Origin: Chiloscyllium plagiosum
Lineage: Eukaryota
Direction: 5' to 3'
Length of the DNA: 64,000 bases
Assembly (NCBI RefSeq): GCF_004010195.1
Contig: NC_057729.1
Location: forward strand, 15,914,344 to 15,978,343
Each line of letters starts with the position of its first letter. The stretch's first letter is position 1. Position numbers and translations under genes: made by a program. The notes beneath the pieces were generated by a model. It had not been told where the DNA came from, did not search any database, and was given only the letters and a program-made list of their open reading frames with translations. This document shows positions 36,776-49,944 of this stretch, piece after piece.

Positions 36776-39700
36776 TGCTCCGAGCAATGATAGTGATTCA
36801 TGCGATCCAACCAGATCTGCTATTGAATTGCTAAGTGAGCTCTCTGCCATATTCCCTTGGACCTAAAGGGAATGGAGATGAAAACTGTACAAGAGAAATA
36901 GGCAGTGTCAACAGAACAATTATTTTATTTGGAATGAAGAAAGCGAGGATGCTGCCAGGTAAAATTAATAGCTGCTGAAATGTCGTGGTCATCAGAAGGC
37001 CAAAGACCAGACTGTTGGGATTTTTAAAGTGCAGTTGTAAATGAATTTATGGTTACTTATTTATCTACCTCAAAATACAAGTCAAGGAATTGGAGGGGCA
37101 AAGTAGCTGACCACCCTTCCTCAAAGGAACCCTTGGTGCTGTGGGTCTAGCTTTGGAAAATTGAGGTCATTGTGATATATTTTAAAACTTACTTTCAAGT
37201 TTCTTATCTTGTTTATCAATCTTTTTCCCTCTCTCATGATTTAATTGCTTTGAAAGTTTTGTTCAAGCTTTTTTTGACATACCTATTTTCCTGACAGAAT
37301 CTATATTCTGTGTTCTCCTGCAATGAATACATACCCGTCAGTCTGGGAAATTGCTCTCAGTGGCCTGAGAAACAGCTGGCAGTAAGCAATTTTAACCCTA
37401 AATGTTCCATGAAATAAATGATTCAGTAACTTATGAGCAAGTACATGTCATTTTTGCAACAGTTTCTATTGGCAACACTACATAAATTGAACGATTTTGT
37501 GAATCAGATTGCAAATCAAAAAAAAACATTTTGACTGATTCATCATTGATTATTTATATAGAAAATGAACTAGTTTTTCTTTGTCTCCAATCAAAGTTGA
37601 TGTGTAACATAAATTAATGAAAAGCTATTCTAACCACACACGACATTATAATGAACCAGTATGCTCATGAGACTTGTTTATAAATCATATTGTCGTGCTA
37701 TACTTTGCTTCTTTAATAAATTAGGCAAACTATTCAACATTTAAATTCATCCTTTCCTGCATAACCTGTTGTCATATGACACCTAGTGGAAGAAATAAAA
37801 TTAAACATGAAAGGAATACCTTCGAATGTACAATCCAGCAGTATACGTGTTTATGTGATCTTTTACTTTTTATTGTCAATTAATTTGGAAGATGAATGTG
37901 CCATGGATTATTTTTAGCATTCATTAAGCTGAGGCAACATTATGTCCACTGCATAATCTTAAAATTGATGCTGAATAATCACAACATCAGACAGTTTTTT
38001 TATCCTTCTTTGGTGGAACATGGGCATCACTGATGAGGTCAGCATTTGTAACCCATAACTAAATGCCCTTGAGAAGATGGAGAAGATGAAACATCTTTTT
38101 AAACCATTCTAATCCATCTGGCACAGGTACACTGCACAGTTTTGATGGGCCAGGAGGTTCTCGGATTTTGACTCAATAATACTGAGTAGTAATCCTTTGC
38201 AGGAGGAAGGGTTCGGACTTTGGATCAGTGGGAAATTGGTTCCCAGGCAGGATGGCTATCAGGTCAGTGTTTGGGGTCCTAAGTGATTTAGGCGAAATAC
38301 AATTGGGATGTGTGTGAGAGAAGTATAGGATCTGTGAATTTGTCCCCCAAATGATAGACCATATATTTAATTTATCTTACTTAACTTTATCCGAGCCCTC
38401 CAAAGAATCTCATTTGAATGGAGACTTGAGAGTTCCACGAGTAAGGGAATTGCCAAACAGAAAATTAAATTTCTTGACCAATACTCTCCAAGTGTGCTAT
38501 GATGCAGTCCTCACATACAGCTCACATCTAAACTGGAATACTGAACATCTGGATGACCAGCTGCTGAATAACTGTTAAACTGACCCCAAGCTTCCCTTGT
38601 CCAGACCACTTACATTTCCTGATCTGACATGCTCAGAATCTGACCACATCCTACACAACCACCCATCCTTCACTTTGCACCCTCTTCACACACCACAATT
38701 TCCACCCACCTCCCACGTTGACCCAACCTGAACCCCCCACCCCACCTAATCATCAGACGCGAACCCCTTCCCCTCTACCTGAATGGGACCTGGCAGAAAC
38801 CCACTGCTGACCCAAATCAATGCTTATACCCACTCCCAATGGTCTTCACCCAACACCCTGCCACCCCCATACCATCTTTCTCCATAGGACCCAAAGCAAC
38901 ACTCCCCTCTTCATACGGCCCTGTCTGGTCCCAGCCCAACCAAATGCTCTGCTGCTCCTTACAGGTAGCTGTCACGAATGTTTGCAAAATGGCTTAGTGT
39001 AACTCTGTGTCAGACATTTTTCAGACTTCCTTGGCCAAAAGAATCACAGCAAGGTTTGGCTTCTACCACAAAGTATTCTTTTCATCTACCACATACATAT
39101 TCCAAATATCCATTTGATTTTTGAACATTATTGCAAAGGTTATTCAAAGGACATTCAGATGAGACATGAAGAAGCAGTGCTGCAGCAACACTGTAGGACT
39201 TTCCATTAGATTCAAAGAAACACCGTACAGTTGAAACTCTGGGAAATTACAATATAAATTGACAAGTAACCAAGAAACAACCATGTTATGTGAAGGAATT
39301 AAACAGTGATCAAACTGATTCCACAAGATGAAAATATTTTGACATTGAAGCAATGTTTTTCTAGCAAGGGGGTGATCAGTGAACACTAGGTGGTTCTTAC
39401 TGATAAAGTGAACCCGAAGAAGACATGAGAGGGATAAGAGTTCAGAACTGTGTGCCCCAGAGATGTTTGACCTGGTAGATGGGTATCCAGCATTGTAATC
39501 CATGAACATAAACATAACAATTTCTAATGGCTGTACATGATCTCAGAGAATAGTGAAGCAAGTTTTCTTTGCCAAGTAGCCTCCTCCTGCTCCTATTTCT
39601 TACGATCATAATTTAAGCCAAAGTTAGAGAATGCATTTGGAGGAGTAAACCCAGACACTGATAGTCAAAAGGTCATTTGAAGAAAAATTCCTTTCGTTAT

Positions 39701-41105
39701 TGATTGTGGAAATTGCAGGACTAACTGCAATACTTTTAAAATGGTTATTGTACTATCTTCTGTATAATATTATACCCTTCAGTGAAAAGATGGCAGGGTA
39801 TTCAGCATCATCTTCCCTTCAATTTATCATTGTTTCTAATGCAGTAAACAATTAAGGTAGACATTACCAGGAATGGACCAGGCTTTATATTTTTTGTATT
39901 CGTTCATGTGTTATGGACATTGCTGGTGAGGCCAATGTTGACTTAACTGCCCTTTCCTAGTTGCCTTTGGGAAAATGGTGATGAGCTCCCTTCTTGAACA
40001 ACTGCAATCTATTTGCTGCAGATAGTCCTACAATGGCATTAGGGAAAGAGTTCCAGGAATTCGACCTATTGAAGCAACTGTGATATACTTCCATGTAAGA
40101 ATGGTGAGAGACTTGGAGAGGAACATGCAGGTGGTTATGTTGCCAGGCATCTGCTGCTCTTGTCCTTCTAGATGAACAGATGCCATAGGTTTGTAAGGTG
40201 CTGTCCAAGGAGCCTTGTGAATTTCTGTACCGCATCTTGTAGATGGTAGTCACCCTTGTTACTGAATGTCAATGGTGGAGGGAGTGAATGTTTGTGGATA
40301 TGGTGCTAATTAAGTGGCTTGCTTTGCCCAAGATGATGTAAAACTTTTGAGTGGTGTTGGAGCTGCAATAAACCAGGCAGGTGAAAGGCATTCCATTACA
40401 GTCCTGACTTGTGCCTTACAGATAGTAAACAGTCTTTGGTGACTCAGGAAATAAGTTATTGCAGGATTCTGAGATTCTGATCTGTTCCTGTAGCCATTGT
40501 GTTTATGTAGCTAGTCCAGTTCAATGCTGGTCTTTCACAACTCTTGGGATGTTGATAATGGGGGATTGAGCGATGCTATTGCAATTAAATGTCATTGTTC
40601 GGAACATAGAATTGTACAGGAAAGGAATATGCCCTTTAGGCCACGATGTTATTCTGAACATGACAACAAATTAAATGAATCCCTTCTGCCCACCCTTGGT
40701 TCATCTCCCTCATTCCTTGCCTATTCATGCGTTTATCTAAAAGTTCCTTAAATTCACCTATCGTATCTGCCTCCACCTCTATCGCTGGCAGTGTGTTTCG
40801 GATTCCTACCACTCTCTGTTACAAAAAACTTGCCCCTCACATCTCCTTTGAACTTTCCCCCTCTCACCTTAAATGCAAATCTCCTAGTTTTAGACATTTG
40901 AACTCTGGGGAAAATATTTTGACCGTCAACCCTGTCTATGCATTTCATATTATAGGCTTCTAACAAGTCTCCCCTCAGCCTTCACTGCTCCATAGTAAAC
41001 AATTGGGTTTTTCTAGTCATTCCTTTCAGGTCATATTCTCTAACTCAGGCAGCATCCTGGTAAATCTCTTCTGCACCCTCTCCAAAGCATCCACATCCTT
41101 ACTGT

Positions 41106-41318
41106 CAGCAGGTCTGGCAGCATCTGTAAGGAGAGAAAAGAGCTGACGTTTCGAGTCTAACTGACCCTTTGTCAAAGCTGAGCTTTGACAAAGGGTCAGT
41201 TAGACTCGAAACATCAACTCTTATCTCCTTACAGATGCTGCCAGTCCTGCTGAGATTTTCCAGCATTTTCTCTTTTGGTTTCAGATTCCAGCATCCGCAG
41301 TAATTTGCTTTTATCTCC
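41106..41318 (+). mobile_element. Penelope-like fold-back cassette (family C) with 12-bp TSD
   Basis: TSD catccttactgt at 41094-41105 and 41319-41330; ~74-bp inverted arms centred on 41180; ~65-nt tail. Confidence 0.88.
41141..41179 (-). ncRNA. Minimal hammerhead variant with U3-A8 core
   Basis: Minus strand reads AGCT-TTGACAA-a-GGGTC-agtta-GACTC-GAA-ACGT-C-AGCT; mirror copy on the plus strand at 41181-41219. Confidence 0.7.
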
Positions 41319-43129
41319 CATCCTTACTGTAACGTGGCAACCAGAATTGAATGCAATACCCCTAGTGTGGCCTAACCAAAGTCCTATATAGGTGTAACGT
41401 GGCATTCTGACTCATGTATTCAATTCCCTGACCAATAAAGGCAAGCCTGCCAGACATTTTCTTTACCACCCTATCTACTTGCATTGCGTTTAGATTCTTT
41501 CTTGTTGGAAATGGTCTTTGCCAGGTGCTTGAGTGGCATGCGTGCCACTTGCCACTTGGCAGTACAAATTTGGGTATTTCCCAGGTCTTGTAGGACTTAG
41601 TGATGCACTGCTTCAGTATTGAAAGAGTTGCAAATGTTGCTGAACATTATGCAAATGTTAGTAAACATCCCCACTTCACACCTATGATGGCAGGAAGTTT
41701 ATTAGGGAAGCAGCTGAAGATAGTTGGGACCTAAAATGATATCCTGAGGAACTCCTGCAGAAATGTTTTGGAGCTGAGATGACTGACCTGCAACAGCTAT
41801 AACCATCTTCCTATGTGCCAGATGTAACACTAACCAGCAGAGAGTTTTCTCCTTGAAAATCAACAATTAACAAAAATGTTTATTGAGTTTCATATTACAG
41901 TCCACTTAAAAACAAATGATGCTGTACACTACCATCTTCTCTTCCTGTTCTGTTTTATGGTTAAGATCCAATAAACTGAACTGGGATTATTGTTAAAACA
42001 AATGTGCACTCCTATGCTGTGTTAATACTTTCCCACAAAATTACTGGAGATTAAAAGGCTGTTTTTCAGTACTTTGGTAACTGCCATGCTTCAAAAGACA
42101 TTAGGGTTGGAAATCAACTTGGTTGAGTCTACATTTCTGTTGCTAAGGGACCTCTTCTTTTGTTCACACTAGTGACTTCACTGTGGGCATGCAATTCAGG
42201 CATGTCCTGCACTGAAGCCATTTGGTAAGGGTCAAACAAGTATTGTATTTTACTCACATCAGAAGCAAGCATTAGGCCACCAAAACCTGTAAATAAGGGG
42301 CCTGTTGGCTCCTGCTCCTTTTTATCGTCTGAGGCAATTGGCAGTCAGCTGATCATCTCTATCTCTGTGGAAAAAGAACATGAAGTAGTGCAGAATGAGA
42401 AAAAAGTTAGAATTCACCTTAATCATTACCATTCCTGATCCCGAAATTACTAATCTGATTCCCAGCTCTGACCTTCAGACAGCTCTAGTCTCACCCAGTA
42501 ATATCCTTGTGTTCGCAATCCCACTCAGCCAATAATACTACAGCTGCCCAAGTTATTCTTTCCCAAATACACATTGAGACCCAGCCAATCTCCCTCCAGA
42601 CCCCATAATGTTATGCTGCCATTTATTTGAGCATCGGTGCTTGAACCTCTGTTGGCCTTTATCAGAGGGTCTGTTAATATCTGAGAGTTCAAATCATGGT
42701 TTTCTTAGATCACTACCTTTGCGTGTGGATTATTAACACTCTGCAGTTGAGGTTTCTAAAACAAATCCAGGCCTAAATGTATTTTACATTGTGGTATTAC
42801 TTGGGAAAATATACTGCCAATGTCACAATGTGGTTTACAGTAGTCGATGATGAAAATATCAGTCTGTAATTTGGGAATCGGGGAGAATATTGCATGTATA
42901 GAAAGGATTATGAGTATTGCTGAAAGAAAGACTAATTTTATCAAAGCTTTTCATCCTATACTTTGAGACAATTTACAAGAAATGCTGATGTAATGTGAAA
43001 ATAATGTTTATGTTGTCTGAGAGGAGAGTCCTGATTGTTTGACAAGAGGACTCTGATTAGTAGAGACATTGTCCTGAAAAATAAAACAGAGAATAGCTGT
43101 CAGCTGTTTTTTTTTAGTTGAAACAAATG

Positions 43130-43312
43130 CAGTGTGTGTAAAAACTCACCTGGTTTATTAAGGAAAGAAATGTACCGTTCTTGCTTAGCCTGGTGTGCAT
43201 GCCACTACAGACCCGTGGGAAAGTGGTTGACTTTTAACTGTCCTCTGAGCAATTAGGGATGGGTAATAAATGCTGGCTGAGCCAGTGAAGTCCACATCCC
43301 ATGAACAAATAA
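43130..43312 (+). mobile_element. SacSINE1-like DeuSINE 3' part
   Basis: gtggttgacttttaactgtcctctg..caattagggatgggtaataaatgctggc..cacatcccatgaa. Confidence 0.7.
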
Positions 43313-43946
43313 AAAGAAATCAAAACAGAAGCACTTAAAAATCTTAAACACTTCAATGGTTGCAGCTTCAAACCGTCACTCCATATATTTTTATTTTAAT
43401 TGAAAAACTGAGTGTTATGTATTAGTCTGGTATTTATTTACAGTGCATCCTTGCAAATTAATTGAATTGCTTTTCAATCTTGAAATATTTGAAATATTCA
43501 TTTTACAAGATTTCTTTTCACTTTAGACTTTATGAATTATTAAACCATACAGCAAAATAAAATGGACATGTCTTTACTACAAATGAGCAACAAAACCTTC
43601 AGCAATGTATTAGATTATTCAGGAAGTATGAAAATCTGAATAAATATTATCAAGAAAGCTCCACAAATTGTCTTCTACTTTGTTGTGAAAAACACCCTTC
43701 CAGGCTTGTCATGAGAGGTATGTGTGATGAAGTGATAAACAGTCTCCCTTTCCTGATGAATCAAACCATAAATGTTTACATTTCAAATGCAGGTGTTTTT
43801 GCTTTCATGGACATGAGATCTCCTGTGATGTAACTCTACCACTGTATTGGAGGCCTTGCAGCAGAAGATGAGGGAACTATTAAAAGGAAAATCCTGCTTG
43901 ACCTCTATCTTACCAAGCTATCTATGAAAAATGCACCTGTTTATTA

Positions 43947-44858
43947 CAGAGGAACCTCGATTATCCGAATACCAATTATCCGAAAATCGGATTATCCGAA
44001 GGACATCTCGAGGTCCCGATAAAAACATTACATCAAACATGTGTTTCCAACACTGATTGTGTCTTTTGTTTACAGTGATTAAACAGGCACCATCTCCAAA
44101 TGACTGACCTCCCGCCCTCTCTCTCTTCCCACACTTTCCATGGAGTTTTACAGAGGGGTGTACCCTAAACCCTCCTTTCCCCAGATAATCTCTTTAATAT
44201 TGTCCTGTACAGGGCAAACATGGAACCTGTCAAAAAGTTGCAGTAAAAATGTGTGTGTGTGTGCATGTGTGTGTGTACACTGTTTGAAGACATACCCCAC
44301 AAAGGCAGCTGCAGCAGTCTTGTTACTGGTGTTCAGTCCAGATGCCCGGGAGAAGGGACGGGGATGGATGGGGGGGTACACGAGGTGGGGAGGGCAGGTA
44401 TGTTGGGGTTTGGGGANNNNNNNNNNNNNNNNNNNNNNNNNNNNNNNNNNNNNNNNNNNNNNNNNNNNNNNNNNNNNNNNNNNNNNNNNNNNNNNNNNNN
44501 NNNNNNNNNNNNNNNNNNNNNNNNNNNNNNNNNNNNNNNNNNNNNNNNNNNNNNNNNNNNNNNNNNNNNNNNNNNNNNNNNNNNNNNNNNNNNNNNNNNN
44601 NNNNNNNNNNNNNNNNNNTGGATGGGGCGGGGGTGGTGTTGAACGGGATTAGCGGAGGGGGGCGGTGTTGGACCAGGTTCGGGGGCGGTGTTGGGGCGGG
44701 GCCTCGTGCACTGTGCACTGCTGCAGTCTCCTGAATGGGGAAAAGAGTTTAAAAACTCTGAGCCCCAGAGGAAAGGCATTTACTCGATTAATCAAATAAT
44801 CGGTTATCCGAATGAAATAGTGTCCACCCATCTCATTCAGATAATCGAGGTTCCCCTG
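43947..44858. mobile_element. Tc1/mariner (pogo/Tigger-like) non-autonomous DNA transposon
   Basis: 23-bp TIRs CAG(A/G)GGAACCTCGATTATC(C/T)GAA; TA TSD at 43945-43946 and 44859-44860; subterminal attatccgaa repeats. Confidence 0.9.
44417..44618. other. Assembly gap (202 N)
   Basis: Run of N inside a G-rich segment. Confidence 1.
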
Positions 44859-44863
44859 TATAG

Positions 44864-45805
44864 AATTGAATTGAATTTATTGTCATGTGTAACGAGGCAC
44901 AGTGAAAAGCTTTGTCTTGCGAGCAATACAGGCAGATCACAGAGTTAAGTAGCATCGATAAGTAAATAATAGGTAAACAGCGGCAAAAACAAAAACACAG
45001 GTACAGGTGAATGGTCAGAGTTTGTGAGTCCATTTAGTATTCTAACAACAGTAGGGTAGAAACTGTTATGAAACCAGCTGGTGCGTGTGTTCAGGCTTTT
45101 GTAACTTCTCCCCAGTTAGATTGTAGAAAAACATTGCCAGGGTGGGATGCTGGCGACCTTTCCTTGACAGCAGGCCTGGTAGATGGATTCTATTGTTGGG
45201 AGGTTGGCTTTTGTGATTGTCTGGGCCGAGTTCACCACTTTCTGTAACCGTCTCTGATCTTGAATAGTATAGTTGCCATACCAGGTAGTGATACATCCAG
45301 ACAGAATGCTCTCGATGGCGCACCTATAAAAGTTAGCAAGTGTATTTGCCGTCATGCCAAATTTCCTCAGCTGCCTGAGGAAGAGACGTTGTTGGATCTT
45401 TGTAAACACTGCATCCACATGAAGAGTCCAAGAAAGCTTGCTGTGGACAACCATTCCCAGGAGCTTGACACTCTCCACTCATTCCACCTCTGTGCTGTTA
45501 ATGTGTAGGGCACAGCAACATCCTGTCGAAAGTCAATAGTGAGTTTTTAGCCTTTGCTGGCATTGGGAGCTAGGTTGTTCTCAGTGCACCATTTTTCCAA
45601 ATCTTCCACCTCCTGTCTGTAGTCTGTTTCATCACCTTCTGAGATTCGATCGACCATGGTGGTGTCATCAGCGAACTTGTAGTGAGTACAGTAGGGGACC
45701 GAGTAAGCACCCCTGGGGTGCTCCAGTATTGAGTATTAGTGAGGATAAAATATTGTCCCCAATCTTCACTGATTGTGGCCTGCGGATCAGGAAACTGTAG
45801 ACAAT
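44864..45805 (-). mobile_element. Rex1/Babar-type LINE 3' portion
   Basis: NTGAPQGCLLGPLLYSL; KFADDTT; QQRLFLRQLRKFG...FYRCAIESILSGCITTWYGN; (aattc)n tail. Confidence 0.88.
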
Positions 45806-45809
45806 GGAG

Positions 45810-45952
45810 CTTGGCCAATTCACATAACCTGCACATCTTTGGACTGTGGGAGGAAACCCACATAGACACGGGGAGAATGTGCAAACTCCAGATAGACAGC
45901 CGCCCAAGGGTGGAATCAAACCCAGGTCCTATGAGGCAGCAGTGCTAACTAC
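45810..45952 (-). mobile_element. HE1-type SINE fragment
   Basis: Reverse-complemented core and head. Confidence 0.82.
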
Positions 45953-46628
45953 TTGTTCAACATTTGTTCAATGACAAATTGAAGAGACCATGTCAGAAGC
46001 AGCATCAGATTTTCCTAAGAATGGGGTGCCTCCCATGAAAGTTATTAAATAGGACTATATGCATACTAAACAGCAGAAGCAGTTAGAAACATTCAAGGTC
46101 TGCAGTGCTGCCACATCATGAATGGTTGGATATTTAACTAGAGTGGATCTCCTCTTCATCAAGTATCAACCATGCCCATGCTCAATGATGGGAGTCCAAT
46201 ATCTTTGTGCAAATTACAATGTTAAAGATTTTGCAATCAATTTGCAAAGAGGAGTACAGTATTTTAAAATGGCACTTACACAGCGGTAATCTGCTCAATG
46301 AGGCTTACTTTAAGTTCTGCCAAGTCCATTCAGCTCCAAGTCAATGTCAGGCCTTCCATACATTCTGTGATCTACCTTGATAAAATATCGTGACATTTTC
46401 TGCTTCTAGCAGCCTCTCCTGCTGTCAGAAAGTCTATATTTGTAACAACTCTCTTACTAAAAGTAAATCCTATTAAAATTTTCCCTTGACTTGACATTAT
46501 AGTTGGCTGTACATTCAATAACTTGACCATAAGTAGTCTAAGAGAATCAATATTCTGTTGTCTCTGGAAAGCAAATTATCCTGCCTGTATCCTTTTTTCA
46601 AGCCATACATTCATGACCAATATAGCAA

Positions 46629-47082
46629 ATAGAGTCAGAGAGTCATAGAGATGTACAGCACAGAAACAGACACTTCGGTCCAACTCGTCTATGCTGACCA
46701 AATATCCCAGCCCAATCGAGTCCCACCTGCCAGCACCTGGCCCATATCGCTCCAAATCCTTCCTATTCATGTACCCACCCAGATGCCTTTTAAATATTGC
46801 AATTGCACCAGACTCCACCACTTCCTCTGGCAGCTCATTCCATACACGTACCACCCTCTGCGTGAAAACATTACCCCTTAGGTCTCTTTTATATCTTTTC
46901 CCTCTCACCCTAAATCTATGCCCTCTAGTTCTGGACTCCCCCACGCCAGGGAAAAGTCTTTGTCTATTTATCCTATCCATGCCCCTCATAATTTTATAAA
47001 CCTCTATAAGGTCACCACTCAGCCTCCAACGCTGCAGGGAAAACAGTCCGAGCGTATTCAACCTCACCATATAGCTCAAATC
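46629..47082 (-). mobile_element. CR1/HER1 LINE 3' fragment
   Basis: LGLFSLQRWRLSGDLIEVYKIMRGMDR...RVVRVWNELPEEVVE. Confidence 0.93.
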
Positions 47083-47305
47083 TTGGCATAATTGATTTGT
47101 TCCTATGTGAAGAAAAATGGCACTGTCTAGCAAAAGCTTGAAAGTTGAAGATCCTCACTGGGTTACCCTAGTTGCTCTAAGTAATAGCAAATCTCCTCAT
47201 GGTTTTCTGCAGCTGTTCAAGAACTGAAAAGACATGCTGTGTTCACTATTAAAGTTGTTGTAATAACTAATGAGTGTCTGGAATCTTTCAGAGTTGAGAA
47301 TATCA

Positions 47306-47805
47306 NNNNNNNNNNNNNNNNNNNNNNNNNNNNNNNNNNNNNNNNNNNNNNNNNNNNNNNNNNNNNNNNNNNNNNNNNNNNNNNNNNNNNNNNNNNNNNN
47401 NNNNNNNNNNNNNNNNNNNNNNNNNNNNNNNNNNNNNNNNNNNNNNNNNNNNNNNNNNNNNNNNNNNNNNNNNNNNNNNNNNNNNNNNNNNNNNNNNNNN
47501 NNNNNNNNNNNNNNNNNNNNNNNNNNNNNNNNNNNNNNNNNNNNNNNNNNNNNNNNNNNNNNNNNNNNNNNNNNNNNNNNNNNNNNNNNNNNNNNNNNNN
47601 NNNNNNNNNNNNNNNNNNNNNNNNNNNNNNNNNNNNNNNNNNNNNNNNNNNNNNNNNNNNNNNNNNNNNNNNNNNNNNNNNNNNNNNNNNNNNNNNNNNN
47701 NNNNNNNNNNNNNNNNNNNNNNNNNNNNNNNNNNNNNNNNNNNNNNNNNNNNNNNNNNNNNNNNNNNNNNNNNNNNNNNNNNNNNNNNNNNNNNNNNNNN
47801 NNNNN
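47306..47805. other. Assembly gap (500 N)
   Basis: Run of N. Confidence 1.
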
Positions 47806-47882
47806 AGGCCTGATAGGTGCTGAGGAAGGAGATGTGGTTGTGGTAGCGAGTCTGTTTGAGGATGTGGCTGAAGAGCTCTAAC
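47806..47882 (-). mobile_element. Possible N-terminal fragment of a Penelope-like ORF running into the gap
   Basis: Minus strand LELFSHILKQTRYHNHISFLST resembles N-termini of shark PLE ORFs (recalled from memory). Confidence 0.45.
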
Positions 47883-48984
47883 TAAAGATTTGATTGTTCG
47901 TAGAAGCCTGTCACTGGTACGAAAGAGCAGATACTTCTCAGCATCTTGATGGAAATTATATGTCAAATCTGATCAAATATTCTGAGACAGGTTGACATTT
48001 AACTTCAGGATCAGAAAGAAAGATTTTTGTAAGAATAAAGTCTCACTGTTCACAATCGTCTCCACATTCCCTCAGGCAGTATTTCTCTTTAACAGCTTAG
48101 CAACCTCGTACAAAACGTACCGTGCTGAAGAAAACACTTCACCCGATAATTTAGACAAGTGTCTGAGTGGCTACATTTTACAAATTGGGCTAGAATTGGT
48201 TCACCGACGCCCACACCGAAGTATGTTTCACCGATGCCCGCACTCCCCCTCCCCTCCCTGCCTCTTATTTGACTGTCTGTAGCACTGGGTCAAGTGGTAC
48301 TTGTTCATCTCCCATGCGACCCAGGGTGCTGGTGGTAGTAACCAGCACATTCCTTTGGAGGGCGTGTGTTCCAGGAAACCTGACTCTCACAGAACCACTG
48401 ATTATATTTAAAGGGGGACTGCAGACTGAAATCCTCGCTGGTGGAAATTGAACCTGAAACATTGGAGGTATTCTGTAGCAAAACAGAGGGTTCAAAACAA
48501 AAGGTGCTAGAGAAACTCAACAGGTCTGCTAAGATCTGTCATGGCAGAAGTAGAATTAACAGAGTTTATGACACTTTCTCGGAAAGGAGAGGGCTCCGTG
48601 GTTTACAGGCACCATAGTAAACTTGGCTTATCCAAGCTTTGCATGTGGGGAAGTTTTAAAGAAACCAGCTGCAAAGGGAGAAGCTTGTCTGGAGACCTGG
48701 AATCCAGCAGCACAGATGTGTTAGCAGTGCAGCAAAGTAATACAATGACTTTGCAACAGTGCTCACGCCCACCACAGCATCAATTTCTCACTCTGTTCTG
48801 TGAAATACACCATCATTCATCCAGCACCACCAGCACTCCCTGCTTCTCAAGACTCATAACTTACATTCATAGACTCCACCCCACCTGCAGTCATTTAATC
48901 AAAGTTGCTAACAGACCCAACTCACCCAGTCTCCATACATCTCCAGCTCATTAGTTATGATAGGCACTTGCCCCAAGCACCGTG

Positions 48985-49399
48985 TCATAGAGTCAGAGAT
49001 GTGCAGCACAGAAATGGACTCTTTGGTCCAACTCATTCATGCTGACCAGTTATCCCAACCCAATCTAGTCCCATTTACTACATTTGTCCATAATTCCCAT
49101 TCATATAGAGAAAGGCTGACTAGTCTTGGGTCTGTTTTCCCTAGAGCTTCAGAGGCTGAGGGTGAGCTTATAGAGGTTTATAAAATCATGAGGGAGTGTG
49201 GATAGGGTAGATAGACAAAGTCTTTTTCCTGGGGTGGACGAGTCCAGACCTGGAGGGCATAGGTTTCGGGTGAGAGAAGAAAGATTTAAAAGGGACCTAA
49301 GGGGCAATGTTTTCATGCAGAGGGTGGTACGTGTATGGAATGGGCTGCCAATGGAAGTAGTGGAGGTTGGTACAAATGCAACATTTAAAAGGCATCTGG
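48985..49399 (-). mobile_element. CR1/HER1 3' end with 5' inversion
   Basis: 48985-49092 is the tail on the minus strand; 49103-49399 is the immediately upstream segment on the plus strand. Confidence 0.85.
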
Positions 49400-49646
49400 C
49401 ACACAATCATTGACACTGTGCCTTCTATTTTGCAGGAGAAGGCCATCCATAACATCAAGAATGTACTGAAGCCCAAAGTCAGGGCAGGGTGCTCTATGAT
49501 TTCAACATCTATTCCCAGCAAAAAAAGCAACCATGGGGCTGAAAGCAACACAATTCCTGGATTCTGGCACAGCAGAGGTGGGCCAGGGTGATGGTAAGTG
49601 ATGGCCTAATTGTTTATTTTATCCCCCACCTCACCCTGAGATGTTG

Positions 49647-49944
49647 ATTAGATTAGATTACTTACAGTGTGGAAACAGGCCCTTTGGCCCAACAAGTCCA
49701 CACTGCCCCGCCGAAGCGCAACCCACCCCTTACCTAACACTACAGACAATTTAGCATGGCCAATTCACCTGACCTGCATATCTTTGGACTATGGGAGGAG
49801 ACTGGAGCACCCGGAGGAAACCCACGCAGACACGGGGAGAACGTGCAAACTCCACACAGCCAGTCGCCTGAGGCGGGAATTGAACCCGGGTCTCTGGCGC
49901 TGTGAGGCAGCAGTGCTAACTACTGTGCCACCGTGCTGCCCACA
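49647..49944 (-). mobile_element. HE1-type SINE, full length, young
   Basis: Complete head gggcagcacggtggcacagt through (tctaa)n tail. Confidence 0.95.

Larger units (their letters stand above)
40603..41480 (-). mobile_element. CR1/HER1 LINE 3' fragment containing a PLE cassette
   Basis: DRVDGQNIFPRVQMSKTRRFAFKVRGGKFKGDVRGKFF; RPHLGYCIQFW-like motif. Confidence 0.9.
39895..41855 (-). mobile_element. L2/CR1-group LINE 3' portion interrupted by CR1 (40603-41480)
   Basis: TIYKMRYRNS...SWNSFPNAIVG...LQLFKKGAHHH; resumes at about 41485. Confidence 0.72.

Noticed and set aside
44140-47966. Long ORFs of 129-249 aa containing X runs
   Set aside because: Artefacts of translation through N gaps
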